A stretch of 64,000 nucleotides of DNA, from assembly GCA_013265495.1 (NCBI GenBank), contig MU058423.1, forward strand, positions 9,905,627 through 9,969,626. The letters run 5' to 3'. The notes under the pieces are model-generated. The model was not told where the DNA came from, did no database searches, and worked only from the letters and a program-made list of their open reading frames with translations. Positions 50,653-62,935 of the stretch are shown one piece after another. The translations under genes and the position numbers were made by a program. This DNA is from Vicugna vicugna. Lineage: Eukaryota. Each line of letters begins with the position of its first letter. Positions within the stretch are counted from its first letter, which is position 1.

Positions 50653-53639
50653 GTAAGTACAAATTTATGTATGTAGATATAATTTGGTTTTTTTAATTAA
50701 CTTGTATAACTACCTATTAGAAAATACAGGTGTGAATCACTGGGTTCAGTTGTCTAACGGCGGTATATCAAACGGAATGAAAGACTTTTAAGTCATTCAT
50801 TTTTCTTCCTCCTCCCTCATTTGTTCTGCCTAAAGTCTGGTTTGGGGATGAAAAAAAATGTATATTCTACATATAAAGGTAAAGAAGAAAATATTTTCAT
50901 ATAAAATGGAATGAGGCTAAAAACATTCATTTCTCCCCAGGTGGTTTTTTAGACTGGGTTGTTTGAATATTTTAAAAATTTCCTCATGGCACTTTTGCAT
51001 CCTGGAGTGTGTAGAGCATCCCAAATCTCCCTAGCGCCTCAGCTCAGGGCTGTCCCTGAGCCGCCATGTCATAGCGCTCGCTAGCAGGGAAACCTCGCTT
51101 GGGAGGTGAACCAGTTACCTGCAGTAACTAACAATCCCTGGGTGGTTGCCAAGACAAAGTCATCTCAACTCAGATTTTGCCAAGTCATGAAGAGCATACG
51201 TAGTGACTTCTAATGAAGTGAGCATGCCATCTCTCCTCCTATTATATAAAATCTCCTTGGAACATTTCTAGGTTTTGTTGTTGGAAAATATACTTCAGTC
51301 TGGCTTTAGAATTAACCAGTCCATTGTAAGTATGGATATATAACAGTTTACCCAAGCGGAAAAACGTGTAGACGACCATATAAATCAAAACATATTTTTG
51401 CATTGACATATTATAAGAAACACTTTATTTTCAGTTTAGTTACATTTAAATTGTTTCTCAAGGGTAACTTTCCTTCTTCAGTTTCTTTTCACTAGTTCAT
51501 AACCAGTAAGCAACAACTTTTATGAACCTTTCCAACTACCAGAGATTTGAGCACTGTTTATGTGCCAGGCACTTTATACAGGCTGTTTCTTCTAGAACTT
51601 CCTGTGGTAACGTGGAGACCATTCCCTGATCCCTCTCCAGACCCTGTGCTGGTTTTCTGCTTGATGTCGCTCCCTCCACGTCCAGGGTCCCTGGGAGACG
51701 CGGGCTTGTCCCTGTCTCTCTTCCCTGGAGATTTTCTATAACCTTGGGAAAACCAGGGCCCAGGCTTGTGCCAGAACCTTTCCCTTGCTTTCACTCATCA
51801 TGGTTGAAATAGTCTAGCTTTTTATAAAACAAAACCAGATGAAAAACTTACAGAAATCCTAAGAAAGTAATCACAGGCGAGGCAAAGAGCATTCCACAAG
51901 TCCAAGTTTTAAAGCACTGGTGTTGGAGGGAACTGCATTTCAGCTCCACGGATCCCGAACATCTTTGCTGGCATCCCGTTGGGCTTCGTCTCAGCTTCCT
52001 GGGGCTGTTGCCTTCCCTTTCCTGCCAGTGGACATCTTGACACCTCGCAAGGCTAAATCTAGAGCTGTCGGGTTTTCCCTGTCACTTCCTCTTCTGAGAA
52101 CCGGGTGGTGAATGATGAATTGGACTGTGGGTCCCCCTTGGGCTGAAGACCTTCCTACTGCACATACTCAGAACGTACCGTAGGGCCCTTCACACATTCC
52201 CACATACCCAGGAGAGTGACCTTATAAAAAGGCCATGTGAAAACGCTTTAACCATGTGATAACTCAGCCAGCATCTCTGCATTCATTCACAACCATTTAT
52301 GAATGTGAGTGCCTACAGGTGCCAGGCAAGGTGCCAAGAACCGGGGCGGCAAGGAGGTTCAGATAAACTTGACCTGTCTTCTGTGGGAGCTTGGTTCGGG
52401 GGTCAGACCGTAATAGTCAGGTCATCCCCCAAACATTCCCAAACATTCTTCCTTCATAAAAATAAACATTCACTGAGATCCAAGCACTGTGCTTGATCAT
52501 GGGAGTAAATACATGAAAAAGATGCAGTCCAGGTACTTAATTAGACCACAGTCAGGTGGGACACAGTGGACACAGAGAGTTCTGTAGAGGGTCAAAGGTA
52601 ATGGTAGAGGTGTGTATACCCAAGAGATCTACTCTGTTGGGATTAGGGACAAATCAGAAAGAGGAGATGGCATATAAACTTGCAAAGTTTGTAAAGCAGG
52701 TAGGTCTAGCCTGGGGCATAAGGAATGAGAGGAAAGGAGCACAGAGCACAGAGGCGATATGGACTATTTCATCAAATAAGCACGTATGAGGCCCCTGCTG
52801 TATTCCAGGCCCAGGACGCGATGTGCGTATGAGAGAACGTGGCAGCCGGGAATGGTACCGGTCACCCAGCACAAGTGGCGAGAAGGGAGTGCAAAAGCCC
52901 CCAGAGGGAATATCCTGAATGGCCTTGTATGTTATGAGAAAACCTTGGGATTTTGTTTAAAAATATAGCTGATTTGGGAGCTTCCGTCAGGGTCTGAGTT
53001 GAAACAGGAAAACAGCCTGGTTGAATCCCAACTGCTTTATGGTGCTCGGTTTGTGCCACTGGACAACTTCCCTGGCGGCAGTTTTCTCCTCTTCAAATGA
53101 GGCTATTCACAGCCTCTTGGAAGGATTATTGTGAGGCTTTATAAAGGTTTAACGAATGGCCACATGGACAATGGAAATAATTCCCAAAAATAAGAGTTGG
53201 TTTCCTTTTGGTCCCTTTCACTCTGTGATAAAATTTGTGCTTTGAAATACGTTTTCTGGAAAATAAAGCTCCAGGTGAGGATAGAGGAGACAAGTTATAC
53301 AGAACCAGGGAAATAAGACGGTGCAAACAGGGCGCCGGTGGGCACAGAGAGAAGGGAGGCTATCCGGGAGGTGAACAGTGTGGAGGCTGGTGGAACACTG
53401 GGGATGTGGGGACAGAGGTGGAGAGCAGTCTTTGACGGTTCTCGGCTTTCTCATTTGGGCAACCAAGTAGAATGTTTATTTGAAGCAGTGACTACTGCTC
53501 TGGCCTGCCATGTCCTGGGGTGTTTCCAGTTATCCTGCAGTGTGTGCAGATCTCTAAAGGGATTCCAAACTAAAATATACACTAACCTACTCCAAGACTC
53601 TGTGTGTCGGGTAGGCACTCACGTGTCCCGTCACCCACA

Positions 53640-54320
53640 CCCTATGTCTAGCGTTTGCCTTTGACTCACTCTCGTCGTTCGTCCCCCCACCTGGTGACTC
53701 ATCTAGTGCCAGCTCATTTCCACTACAAAACATTTCTCCCGCGTCTGGTTTCTTCGCTGTTCTGACCATAGCCTCCCAATTGTGGAGATCAATACTTCTT
53801 GCCGCTATTATGTCTGTTGGTTCCAAATATCTCCCATTCTGCTTCTATACACATGATAACAGAATTCACTTCTCATAACAAAACCAGACAAACAAACGAG
53901 AAACAAACCTCTTTCCTGCTGCCTTAAATCAGACACTTCCACCGTACTTATGGGACCCTCCCTGATCAGGCTGATTTTGCCTTTTTTTTTTTTTTTTTTG
54001 TCCTTTTTGCTGGATGTGTCATTGAACAAGTCACTTAGCCCCTCAGTATTCTTAAAATAGTGAGGCCTCCCCTGAGCTGTATTTAAAATAATTACCCCTC
54101 CCCCAGGACTCCATTCTTCATTTCCTATTCACTTTCCTCCTGACTCAACTTTTAATATACCACCTATAGTAATTTTGGTTTTGTTTTTTGCTGTCAAACC
54201 CACTAGAATGTAAGCCAGTCATGGAGAAGGAGTTTGTTTTCATCACTATGTATTCCCAGTACCCTGGTTCTGGTCCATAGGAGGTTCTCAGGAAATATTT
54301 GATGAATGAATGAATGAATG
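53640..54320 (+). mobile_element. L2 LINE 3' end
   Basis: ccactagaatgtaagcc...tatgtattcccagtacc...aaatatttgatgaatgaatgaatgaatga is the canonical L2 (TGAA)n tail. Confidence 0.75.
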
Positions 54321-54834
54321 ATTTGCTTCCCAGAGCTCTTTTGAGGGTTAAGTGAAATTACGTATGTAGTCAGTGCAGCGGAATGCGTGGTGCAGAGAAG
54401 GCTCTGGATGTCATGGTCTTGACCTTTGATGACTGTATGCAGATCCTTTATGCACCTGACATTTTTCTCAGACAAATCCCAGCTTCCCCAGGAAGTGGCC
54501 CTGATTACTTGATTCTCCCATTTTTCCTGAATTTCCACTGCACTTGAAGTCTGTCTTGTTACAATCAAAGAATTACCTTCTGTACTAAATTTATCGCTCT
54601 CATGTGCCTTTTCTTCATAGTTGGAGAACACAGTCCCTGTGCTTAGGAAAATGCAAAACAAATACTCGTTGAACAATACTTGTAGACTGATTCATATTAT
54701 TTTACAAAAATGTATGCCTCAAAGCACTTACAAGAAAGATGTACATTACAGTGTCAGACAGAATAGTTCAAGTTCACTGAGCGAAAGCAAGAGCTTGTCA
54801 GGTTATCATATGTAACACCATCATCATCATAATC

Positions 54835-55030
54835 GGAGTTATCTGAGTGCTCTGTGCTACATTAACTCAATCCTCACACAGCATGTTGAGATGTGGTTAT
54901 TATTGTCCTCATTTTGCAGATAAGACAAACGGGTCCAGTTATATCAAGTAACTTGCCCAGGCTGACAAAGCTAGTAAGTAAAAGAGCGCAGGGTTAAGCC
55001 CCAGCCCTGTTTGACCTCAAAGCCCATACA
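54835..55030 (-). mobile_element. MIR SINE
   Basis: tattattgtcctcattttgcagataag...aagtaacttgcccaggctgacaaagctagtaagt. Confidence 0.7.
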
Positions 55031-55289
55031 CTTAAATAAAACAGAGATGTTTTATTTGCCAAAATGAAGAGGGGAAATGGGCACAAGTGGATCAGATTAC
55101 TTTATTATCGCTACTGGGAAAGGAAAACACAGATCTGTGTGTAAGGGTGACTTACTAGTGTCTTTTTTTGGAGGAAAGGATAGAATTACACTCATGGAAA
55201 CCACTAATGTAAAAATAGGATGTTTTAAGAGAAAGTCACTTTCCATTATATAGTAATGTCAGAAAATTTGAGAAATTGTAGCCTGGATA

Positions 55290-56000
55290 CATGCTCATTC
55301 ATTTAATCTGTTCGTTTACTGTGGCACTTGAGAATTCAATGGTGGTCAAAATAATTTAAAAAAAAACAGAAAGCATGTCTGCTTCCATGGAGCTGATAAC
55401 CTTGGAAGAGACTCACATCAACCAAAATATTTTGCTAACTGACGGATGACGTCATATAGAGGTTGGTGTTTTGGTGAAAATAATCACAGGTCCTCATGAG
55501 CAAACAAACAAAGACAGCCTGGGGTCAGGGAAGACTAGTGAGGAAGTGATGCTGGGATGAGGCGCCACAGATCTCAGTAAGAGATGGTGCCCAAAGACGG
55601 TGGACATGAGTATTCCAAACAAAAGGGAGGGAAAGAGACTAGAAGGTGTTTGGAAAACAGAGAAGAAAAGCTGAAAGGTGGACCAGAGTTTACACTTTAA
55701 GAGAAATGAGAAGCCAAGCCACAAAGTGGTTTTAAGAAGGTTAACATGATACAATTTGCATTTTAGGAAGATCATTTTCACATCATTGTAGAAATGGGTC
55801 AGAGGGAGCCAAGATTAGATTTAGGGAGACTTTAGAGAGCCATGCGTGAATCCAGGCAAGCGGTGGTGATTGCTTCGTCCTTGGAGTTGGTGATGGAGGT
55901 AGAACAAAGAAGATGCAAGAAATCAAAATCTTCAGGAAGGAAAAACGGAGCAAATGGCTCGAGTGGTTGAGTCTAGGAGCTGCCCACGTTTTCAGCCTTT
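55290..56000 (-). mobile_element. L2 LINE remnant
   Basis: Starts with ctcattcatttaatc and contains ggttttaagaaggttaacatgatacaatttgcattttaggaagatcatt. Confidence 0.6.
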
Positions 56001-56779
56001 TGCACCTGCATTAAAGAAGTGAGATTGTGGGGGTTCTTGCCTTTCCCTGAGAGGGTCCAGAAAAAGACCAAGTTCTGGAGGAGGGCCAGGGGATAGGCAA
56101 ATCTTGGTTTTATTTTGAACACATGTCGAATTCTTCATACCTTTGCCAACTAGAGAAATGGAGCTAACTTGCTAATCTGTTGCAGTCTTTTCACTTTCAA
56201 ACCGAGAAAACTGAGACCCAGAGGGCTGTCCCAGAAAGCGCAGACTGAGGACCAAAATCCACATCTGTTGCTATTTCCTATGAGCATTTTTCTGATAGGA
56301 AATCAATTTCACACTTGTGCATGTTACCAGGTAATACTTACTAAATATTTGAGCACGATTCTAAGGAAGACTTGGTAATTTCCTTCAATATAATTTAAAT
56401 AATAACAGTATTGAAGAATAATCATTATGCGAATAGATACCATCTAATGAATATCTACTATGCGTCAGATATTTAAATATTTCACGTATGACTTCTTAGC
56501 TGCTTCAGTGGTATTGTCCTGACCCTCAATTAAGGCACAGAGGTAATTGATAATACCTTTTAAATGGTTTTCCAACCTAAATAGTATAAAAAGCAATTAT
56601 TCTAATTTCAGGAGCCCCTATGAACTCTAGATGAACGTTTCTTCATCTAATGACTTCCATTTGTCTATGTAGCTCATTATTAATTTCAGCAAGATTTAAT
56701 TGAGAAGAATTTGTAGCAATTATTTTTTCCTCCTCCAATTTTCTATTAATTTATAATATTAATAAAAAGGGAAATGTGA

Positions 56780-56799
56780 GTGTGTGTGTGTGTGTGTGT
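56780..56799. repeat. (GT)n microsatellite
   Basis: Read directly from the sequence. Confidence 0.9.
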
Positions 56800-56882
56800 A
56801 TTTTTCATGAAATGGGTGTGAAACTGCTGTTTGTTATGTTGTTTGTTGGCTAAAATTGTTGATTCTCTCCTTTGCTCTCTAG

Positions 56883-57100
56883 GCAGTGGTCAGTTGGTGA
56901 ACTATAGCCCATAGGCAAAATTTGGCCTGCTGCTTATTTTCGTAATTAAGAAATGTTGTATTGGAATACTGACATACCCATTTACGTGTGAATTGTCCAT
57001 GGATGCTTTCACACGAGAGCTGAGTACTTGCTGCACAGATTGCCTGCAAAGCCAAAATATATATTATCTGCCCATTACAGACAGAATTTGCTGACCTCTG
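56883..57100. mobile_element. MER58A-like hAT-Charlie MITE
   Basis: gaactatagcccataggcaaaatttggcctgctgc...gcctgcaaagccaaaatat...cagaatttgctgacctctg. Confidence 0.75.
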
Positions 57101-58467
57101 GTTGAGGGTAATTACTGTCTATTAGTCCTTTGCAGGGTCATCATTTGATAGAAGTTTTATCAAGTAGCCATCTCCAAGCCTTTACTGTCCCTTGCTTGAA
57201 AGATCATGATGGCAGTGATGAAGTTGAAGTGCACAAATTATCAGGCTTTGATCTGTGCTTCTCATCTGTGATTATTCAAGGAAGTGGAAAGATGATAAGT
57301 AGATAGCAATTTGTAAGGAATTTTGTTTTTTGAGAGAAAGTCTCAAAGTATGTGATATTTTGTAGATTTGTAAATTTTACTTATAAAGCTGGAGAACAAC
57401 CAAGATCTAATTGGCCTTTGAAAATATAATGAACCCTACTAAAGGAAATGCTTTCCAAAGGAAGATTTGTGAAAAGTGTACAATGTAAGTGTGTAATTAT
57501 GTATTAAGCATTTTTAAACTGAATGTGAGGTTATAACTGCAAGTAAGTTCTATATTTTGGTTTGATAATTGAATAAAATAATCCAGCAAAGAAGGCTCAA
57601 GAATGTCTTACCCACTAGTTCATTATAAGCAAATAATAACAAATAATTTTCCGTATGGTTTCATTTACTCTTTCTTAAAGTTTGATCCATCTGCATCTGA
57701 AGCTTCCAGAGTGCATTTTAAAAGGGGCGACTCCTAGACACCATCCTTTATGGATGAAGTCAGAATTTTTAGGGGAAAGCTTAATAATGTGCGTTTTTAA
57801 CAGTGCCAGAACGTTGTTTTTATGCACACAAGGGTATGAGAACTTCTGGTTTAGTTCAACTCCTGTCATCTATGGGCTTTAAGCAACTGAAACGAGGTTC
57901 AGTTTCCTCTGTGTAGAAGGTCTTCTCTTTCAGCAGTAGCCCTCGTGTGCTGCGGCTGAAACACCAAGTGTATACAGGATACGGTGATAGACAATAAGCT
58001 GGGTTAATTAAAGGGACGCCACTAAATTAGAAAGCGCCTATTGTACAAGGTTTATTATGAATGTAATGATCTTGACGCAAAGGGAAATAATTAGCATTTA
58101 AATTAAGTTGTAGGTTAGCCACATTAAGGAAAGGTTAGCTCATTGTGAATTTTTATAAGGCTATAATGTTATTTTTGGATTGATTTGAGCATTGACTGTA
58201 ACCTCATTTAATGGAAGCTTTGGAATAATAAAATCATCATTATTAACTGAGCTAGGTATTAATTGATGAATGTTCTTGAACAAATTTACACTGGAATAAC
58301 TATTAAAATTTACACAAGTTAAATCTGGATGTAAAGTTATAGATGTGTAATATTTAAATAATTTCAAAATTTTATTACTATGATTAGATTTATAAGGCTA
58401 CTCACAAGGGTCATAGTCATAGGCAGCATGGCTTTGCTTTAACTGTATTTTTTTCCTGAAATTTTAG

Positions 58468-58602
58468 GTGGTGTGTGTGGTAAATAATTTCAAAGGAAGA
58501 CAACCAGAAAATGACCATATACACACAGATAATCTGGCACAGATGCCAATGATCAGCATTCCTCGTGTAGAAAGCCCTTTGGAAAAGGTAACATCTGTAC
58601 AG
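58468..58602 (+). CDS. PLPPR5: PLPPR5 coding exon 5 (135 bp, or 120 bp with the upstream donor at 58587)
   Basis: Not listed in the ORF track, so read by hand. Acceptor aattttag| and donor CAG|gtgatt. Encodes VVCVVNNFKGRQPENDHIHTDNLAQMPMISIPRVESPLEKVTSVQ. Confidence 0.95.
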
Positions 58603-59259
58603 GTGATTCATAATTTAAATCCTAAAATGTGATTGTTATCTAGAGCAAATGAATGATTACTCCTGAGGGTTCCTGCACATTTCTGATTTACTGAAACAAG
58701 CTCAGAGTCTAATGTGGTATTTAGCAAGAATTTAGTCACCGAAGACGTCATCTTAGGAAAATGCATAGCACGTGGAAAATTTTTCTTTGAATTCCTCATG
58801 CTAAAAGCTGAGCGCCTGTACATGGAATATGTTCTGTACTTTGCCATAGCTTCAAGATAAGGAACACTGTGCAGTGGTCTGAAACATGAGCAGAATAATA
58901 AGATAGTTTTACTTGAGAATATATGCAGTTTTCCATAATATTCCATTTCTTCCATGCTTTATTTATATGAGGAACTGCTTAGTATAACAACTGATGCATA
59001 ATCAGGACTCAGTAAATATTTATTGAATCCAAGTATATGAAGTTCCAGCATCAGAGAAGCACCAGTCGTGTGCTCCTAATCGGGGTGGCACTGAGGATCA
59101 GGTTGAGTTAAATGGAGCCAAGCTAGGTAGCACTTTGATTGGCAGGTCAAAGCCTCACTGGGCCTGTCAGTGAACAGAGAAACCAGGCGTACAACAGTTA
59201 AGTTTCCTTGAGACTTCTGTGAGCTGGATAGGGTAGTATTTCTTAAATAATGATGCAGT

Positions 59260-60170
59260 TATGCACATTTGTAACTGGTTACATGACCGCACAGAGGGTT
59301 ACTAATGGCTTCTCCTCAGCCCTGTCCATGTCCAGATTTTGATCAGTATCTTAGATGAAGAGTTCAGTTACATGAAGAGTTCAGTTACATACTAACTGGG
59401 GGTTTAGATGGTGTGAATCTGTAAGGGATCATTATAATACGTTGGGTGAAAGAATAAAAATTCTTGAAAAATTACAATAAAGATACAACTGACAGTTAAC
59501 TGGAAATAAAGAAAATGTTTTAGATTTGGATTTCAAAAAAAGTTCATGTCGGGTAGGTTACATCTACGTAAACTGTACAAATGAAAAGGCTCCAAGGGTG
59601 TAGGAGTCCACCGCCCAGCATGTGTCAACAGCATCACGTGGCTGCCAAGAGTTAATATGATTTTTAAGTCCCACGCACGGAAAATTATATCCTAAATGAG
59701 GCGACCGATAGTTTGCTCTGCTCAGACCAACTGGAATACTGTGAACTGCCCTTGGTGATGTAGTTTTAAGGTAGACATTGACAGAATAGTTGACACTCAA
59801 TAAATATTTGTTAAGTGAGCAAATATGTGACCAATGTGGTGAGTGGACCCAAAGTCATGGATTATAGAAAACTGGAAGAAACAAAAATAATTCACTTAGA
59901 GTAAAAGAAAATCCAAGAAAGATGCAGTGGATCCCCGTAAATATCTGAGGGACTGTTGCACGGCAGGGGGGTGCAGCGTGTTCTGCAGGGCCTCGGAGAT
60001 CACAGCTGGGATGAGAGAAGAGAAAGCGTAAGAATATAAGTAATGTCTGGAAAGTAGTAAAAACTTTCCACCTTAAAAGTAATGAAGTTTCTTCTTACTG
60101 TAAGGATTTCAGAACAGCTAAGTAAGCACTCGTCCATGACACTGTGGAAGGAACTCAAGCATTTAGATGA
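59260..60170 (+). mobile_element. CR1/L3 LINE remnant
   Basis: Degenerate CR1-like text (tttgatcagtatcttagatgaag; tctgctcagaccaactggaatactgtgaact; ttagagtaaaagaaaatccaag; aagtttcttcttactgtaagg). Boundaries are approximate. Confidence 0.55.
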
Positions 60171-62409
60171 GACACTAGACGATGAAGATGATGAAGGTGA
60201 TGACGGTGATGATAAAGTAGTGACTCCCACTTGGTCATCATTCCGTGTGTGTCAAGTACTATGATGTTTGCTTACGTAAATTCCACAAAAACACTTCAGT
60301 GCTCTCCAAGTGTAATTTTATTCATCGCAACAGTTTTTGAAGCTGGGTATCATTAGCGTGGCAAAGACTGCTAATAGTCGACCGGCATTCCTTCTCCCAG
60401 TCTTCCTTTTAGTAACTGAATTTCCCGGTCCGGTTTTAGCTACACCCGTGGCTGCCCAGCCATAGCCTGTTGCATATTTCCCAGCTTAACTGCAGTTAGG
60501 TGTGACCATGCAACCAAGTTTAGACCAATGCAGTGTAAGCAGAAGGGCAGTTGCAACAACATCTGGTTCATCTCTTTGAAGACTCTTGTCCTGGACATTC
60601 TCTGCCTCTTCTCGCCAAATGGAACAGGTAAATGACTGGAATGATCTTTAATGTTTGAAGAGGACTGATCCTCCTTGCCAGCCGAGCTTCTGGAGGAGCT
60701 CATGGAGCAGTCCACATACGCACCCTAGATGGTTCTGAAGAAGAAATAAGCCCTCTTCCCTCTGAGTCATTGTTTCCATCTCTTTTCTCAGTCGATGCTC
60801 TCTTACAATAAATTTCCCCATTATATAGTTAAGAAAACCGAACTTCTAAATGGTAAAGCCGTGTACAGATGAACACATCATTGATAAACAGCAAAGAAAA
60901 ACTACACAGTGTATTCCAGATACATGCCTATGTCATAAAATATATATTTTAAATGAATGATACGTACAAAATTAGATCTTGTTTAACTTAAAAATTAAAG
61001 GTGGAAAACAGAATTTAGGAAGAGTTCTTAAACATATTTCGAAACATATTTTGGAGAAAATGGTGAGGATAACAGAGTCTTTATTTTGTATACCTCTGAA
61101 ATTATCTTGAACAATAATCAGTCTCCTGCTTTTTAACATCTTTATTTGCGTAAGAGTTCTTTAGTAGCCTCCTCACATTGCCAGCTATCCTTGTCTACCA
61201 TTATACCATTCTGTATTTTAAATGATCAAAAAAATTCCTGTTCTTAATTTTATGTTAATTCATTTTTATGTACAGTGATTTTTAAAATATTAGATGGTGA
61301 AAACCAAAATATTCTGTTAGAGTCTCTGGATTGCAAGAGATCGGTGTTTATTAACTTTTTTCTTTTGTTAATTTTTTTGTTTGTGACAAGTTCACGTGCT
61401 TTGTCTTCCGCTCTGGTAGTCAGGCAAGAAAGATGATTGGAACCTGATCCGATCTCCCCCTTACCCATCACGTGCACGGGCGCACTCCCGGCTGAGTTCC
61501 AACTTCCCCCTGCGCTCTTTTCACTCCTGTCTCCAGGCAGGATGCTGTCTGCACGGTGCGTGGTCTGCTGCCCGCACCCACGCAGACCCCGGGAAGAGCG
61601 CGAGTGCAGGCGCTGGGCATTCATCTCAGGCCTCCCCCTGGAGCTCTGAGGCTGGGAGGGCGTGTGTCTGTGCCCATCAGCCGGAAGGGGAGGAAGGCCG
61701 TCACTTCAGGGAAGCCCACAGTAGCTTTCTCTGCTTTTTGCGATAAGCATGTATCTCTTTTCATCAGAGTTCACGCAAAATGTAACCCTAGTAGGTTGAT
61801 CCTAATTGATAGTGGGACAGTGACATTACATCCTTAACGTCTGCCCTCCGAGGAGAGAAAGGGGACCCTGGTGTTACGGTTAGGCCTGCAGGCATGGCCT
61901 GTTGTTTTAGCATTATTCTGCCAAGCTGTCATTTCCTGGTTGTCAGCTTTGTGTGGAGAAGGCGAAGGGTTTCTTTTAGAACTTATGTACTTACATAACC
62001 TCTCATGTTCAAAGTACGTGTCTAATAAACTGTAAGCTACAGAGTAATTGCAGCGTGCAAGCATTCTTGCTTATAAAATGCTAGCAGTTTATCCCTTAAT
62101 TATAGGGAGTTTGTCATGTAGTTAATTACCACCGTCTATGAGGAAAAGTCATGATTTTTCTGAAAGCTAAGTAAATGTGAACATTCATCACATTCAGTTT
62201 TATGAAAAGAATTAATCATGTGTGGAAACTAGCCCATCATAGCTCAATGTCCACCGAATATTTAAGCTACCAGTCACTTTATTACAGCTGTTTGTAATAG
62301 CAAGTCATGAAAGGTCTAAATGTGTATCAGTCGGGAAGTATTAAGTCGGCTGAGATACATTCCTGCAATGGGATCCAGCACATTAGAGTGGGATGTTTCT
62401 GCTTGCGGG

Positions 62410-62600
62410 TTCTAGAGGTCAGCTGACTGGCAAGTTTGGACAACTTGGACCTTGGGCAGCGTGCTTAGGCACTCTGTAACTCAGTTTCCTCATTCGTAGA
62501 ATGATTCATACAATGATAGCTATATGAGTTCAACAAGATAATAGTCAGGCACTTGGAAGTGTCTGGCACCCAGGAAGCCCTTAATTATTACCAATTATAA
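62410..62600 (+). mobile_element. MIR SINE
   Basis: gaccttgggcagcgtgcttaggcactctgtaactcagtttcctcattcgtagaatg. Confidence 0.65.
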
Positions 62601-62844
62601 TTATTACTGCTATTAAGCATTGAAATGGATGGGGTAAATCAAGTTGTGGCAAGTTCTCCGATATATTGTAAAATATTTTAAGTTGATATATATATATAAC
62701 GTGTCTGTATATGATGAAGCCGGTTATGCAGAATACCACACAAGCTATTTCTAGTTGGATAGGAGGGAGCACGTAGACGAGAGAGAGGAAGGGGAGAGGT
62801 ACCTGCAGACACCAATGTGAGAGCAGCTGACATAGTGGACCTGG

Positions 62845-62935
62845 TTTTCTCTCCCGCTCTCTCCCTCTCTTTCTCTTTTTCTCTCCTTTTCTTCCTTCTT
62901 TCCTTCCTTTCTTCCTTTTCTCTCCTCTTCTTCCT
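62845..62935. repeat. Polypyrimidine (CT-rich) low-complexity tract
   Basis: About 90 nt of almost pure C/T. Confidence 0.85.

Noticed and set aside
60178..60212. Acidic DDEDDEGDDGDD peptide in ORF 60082-60264
   Set aside because: A degenerate (GAT)n microsatellite next to a MIR-like remnant, not coding.
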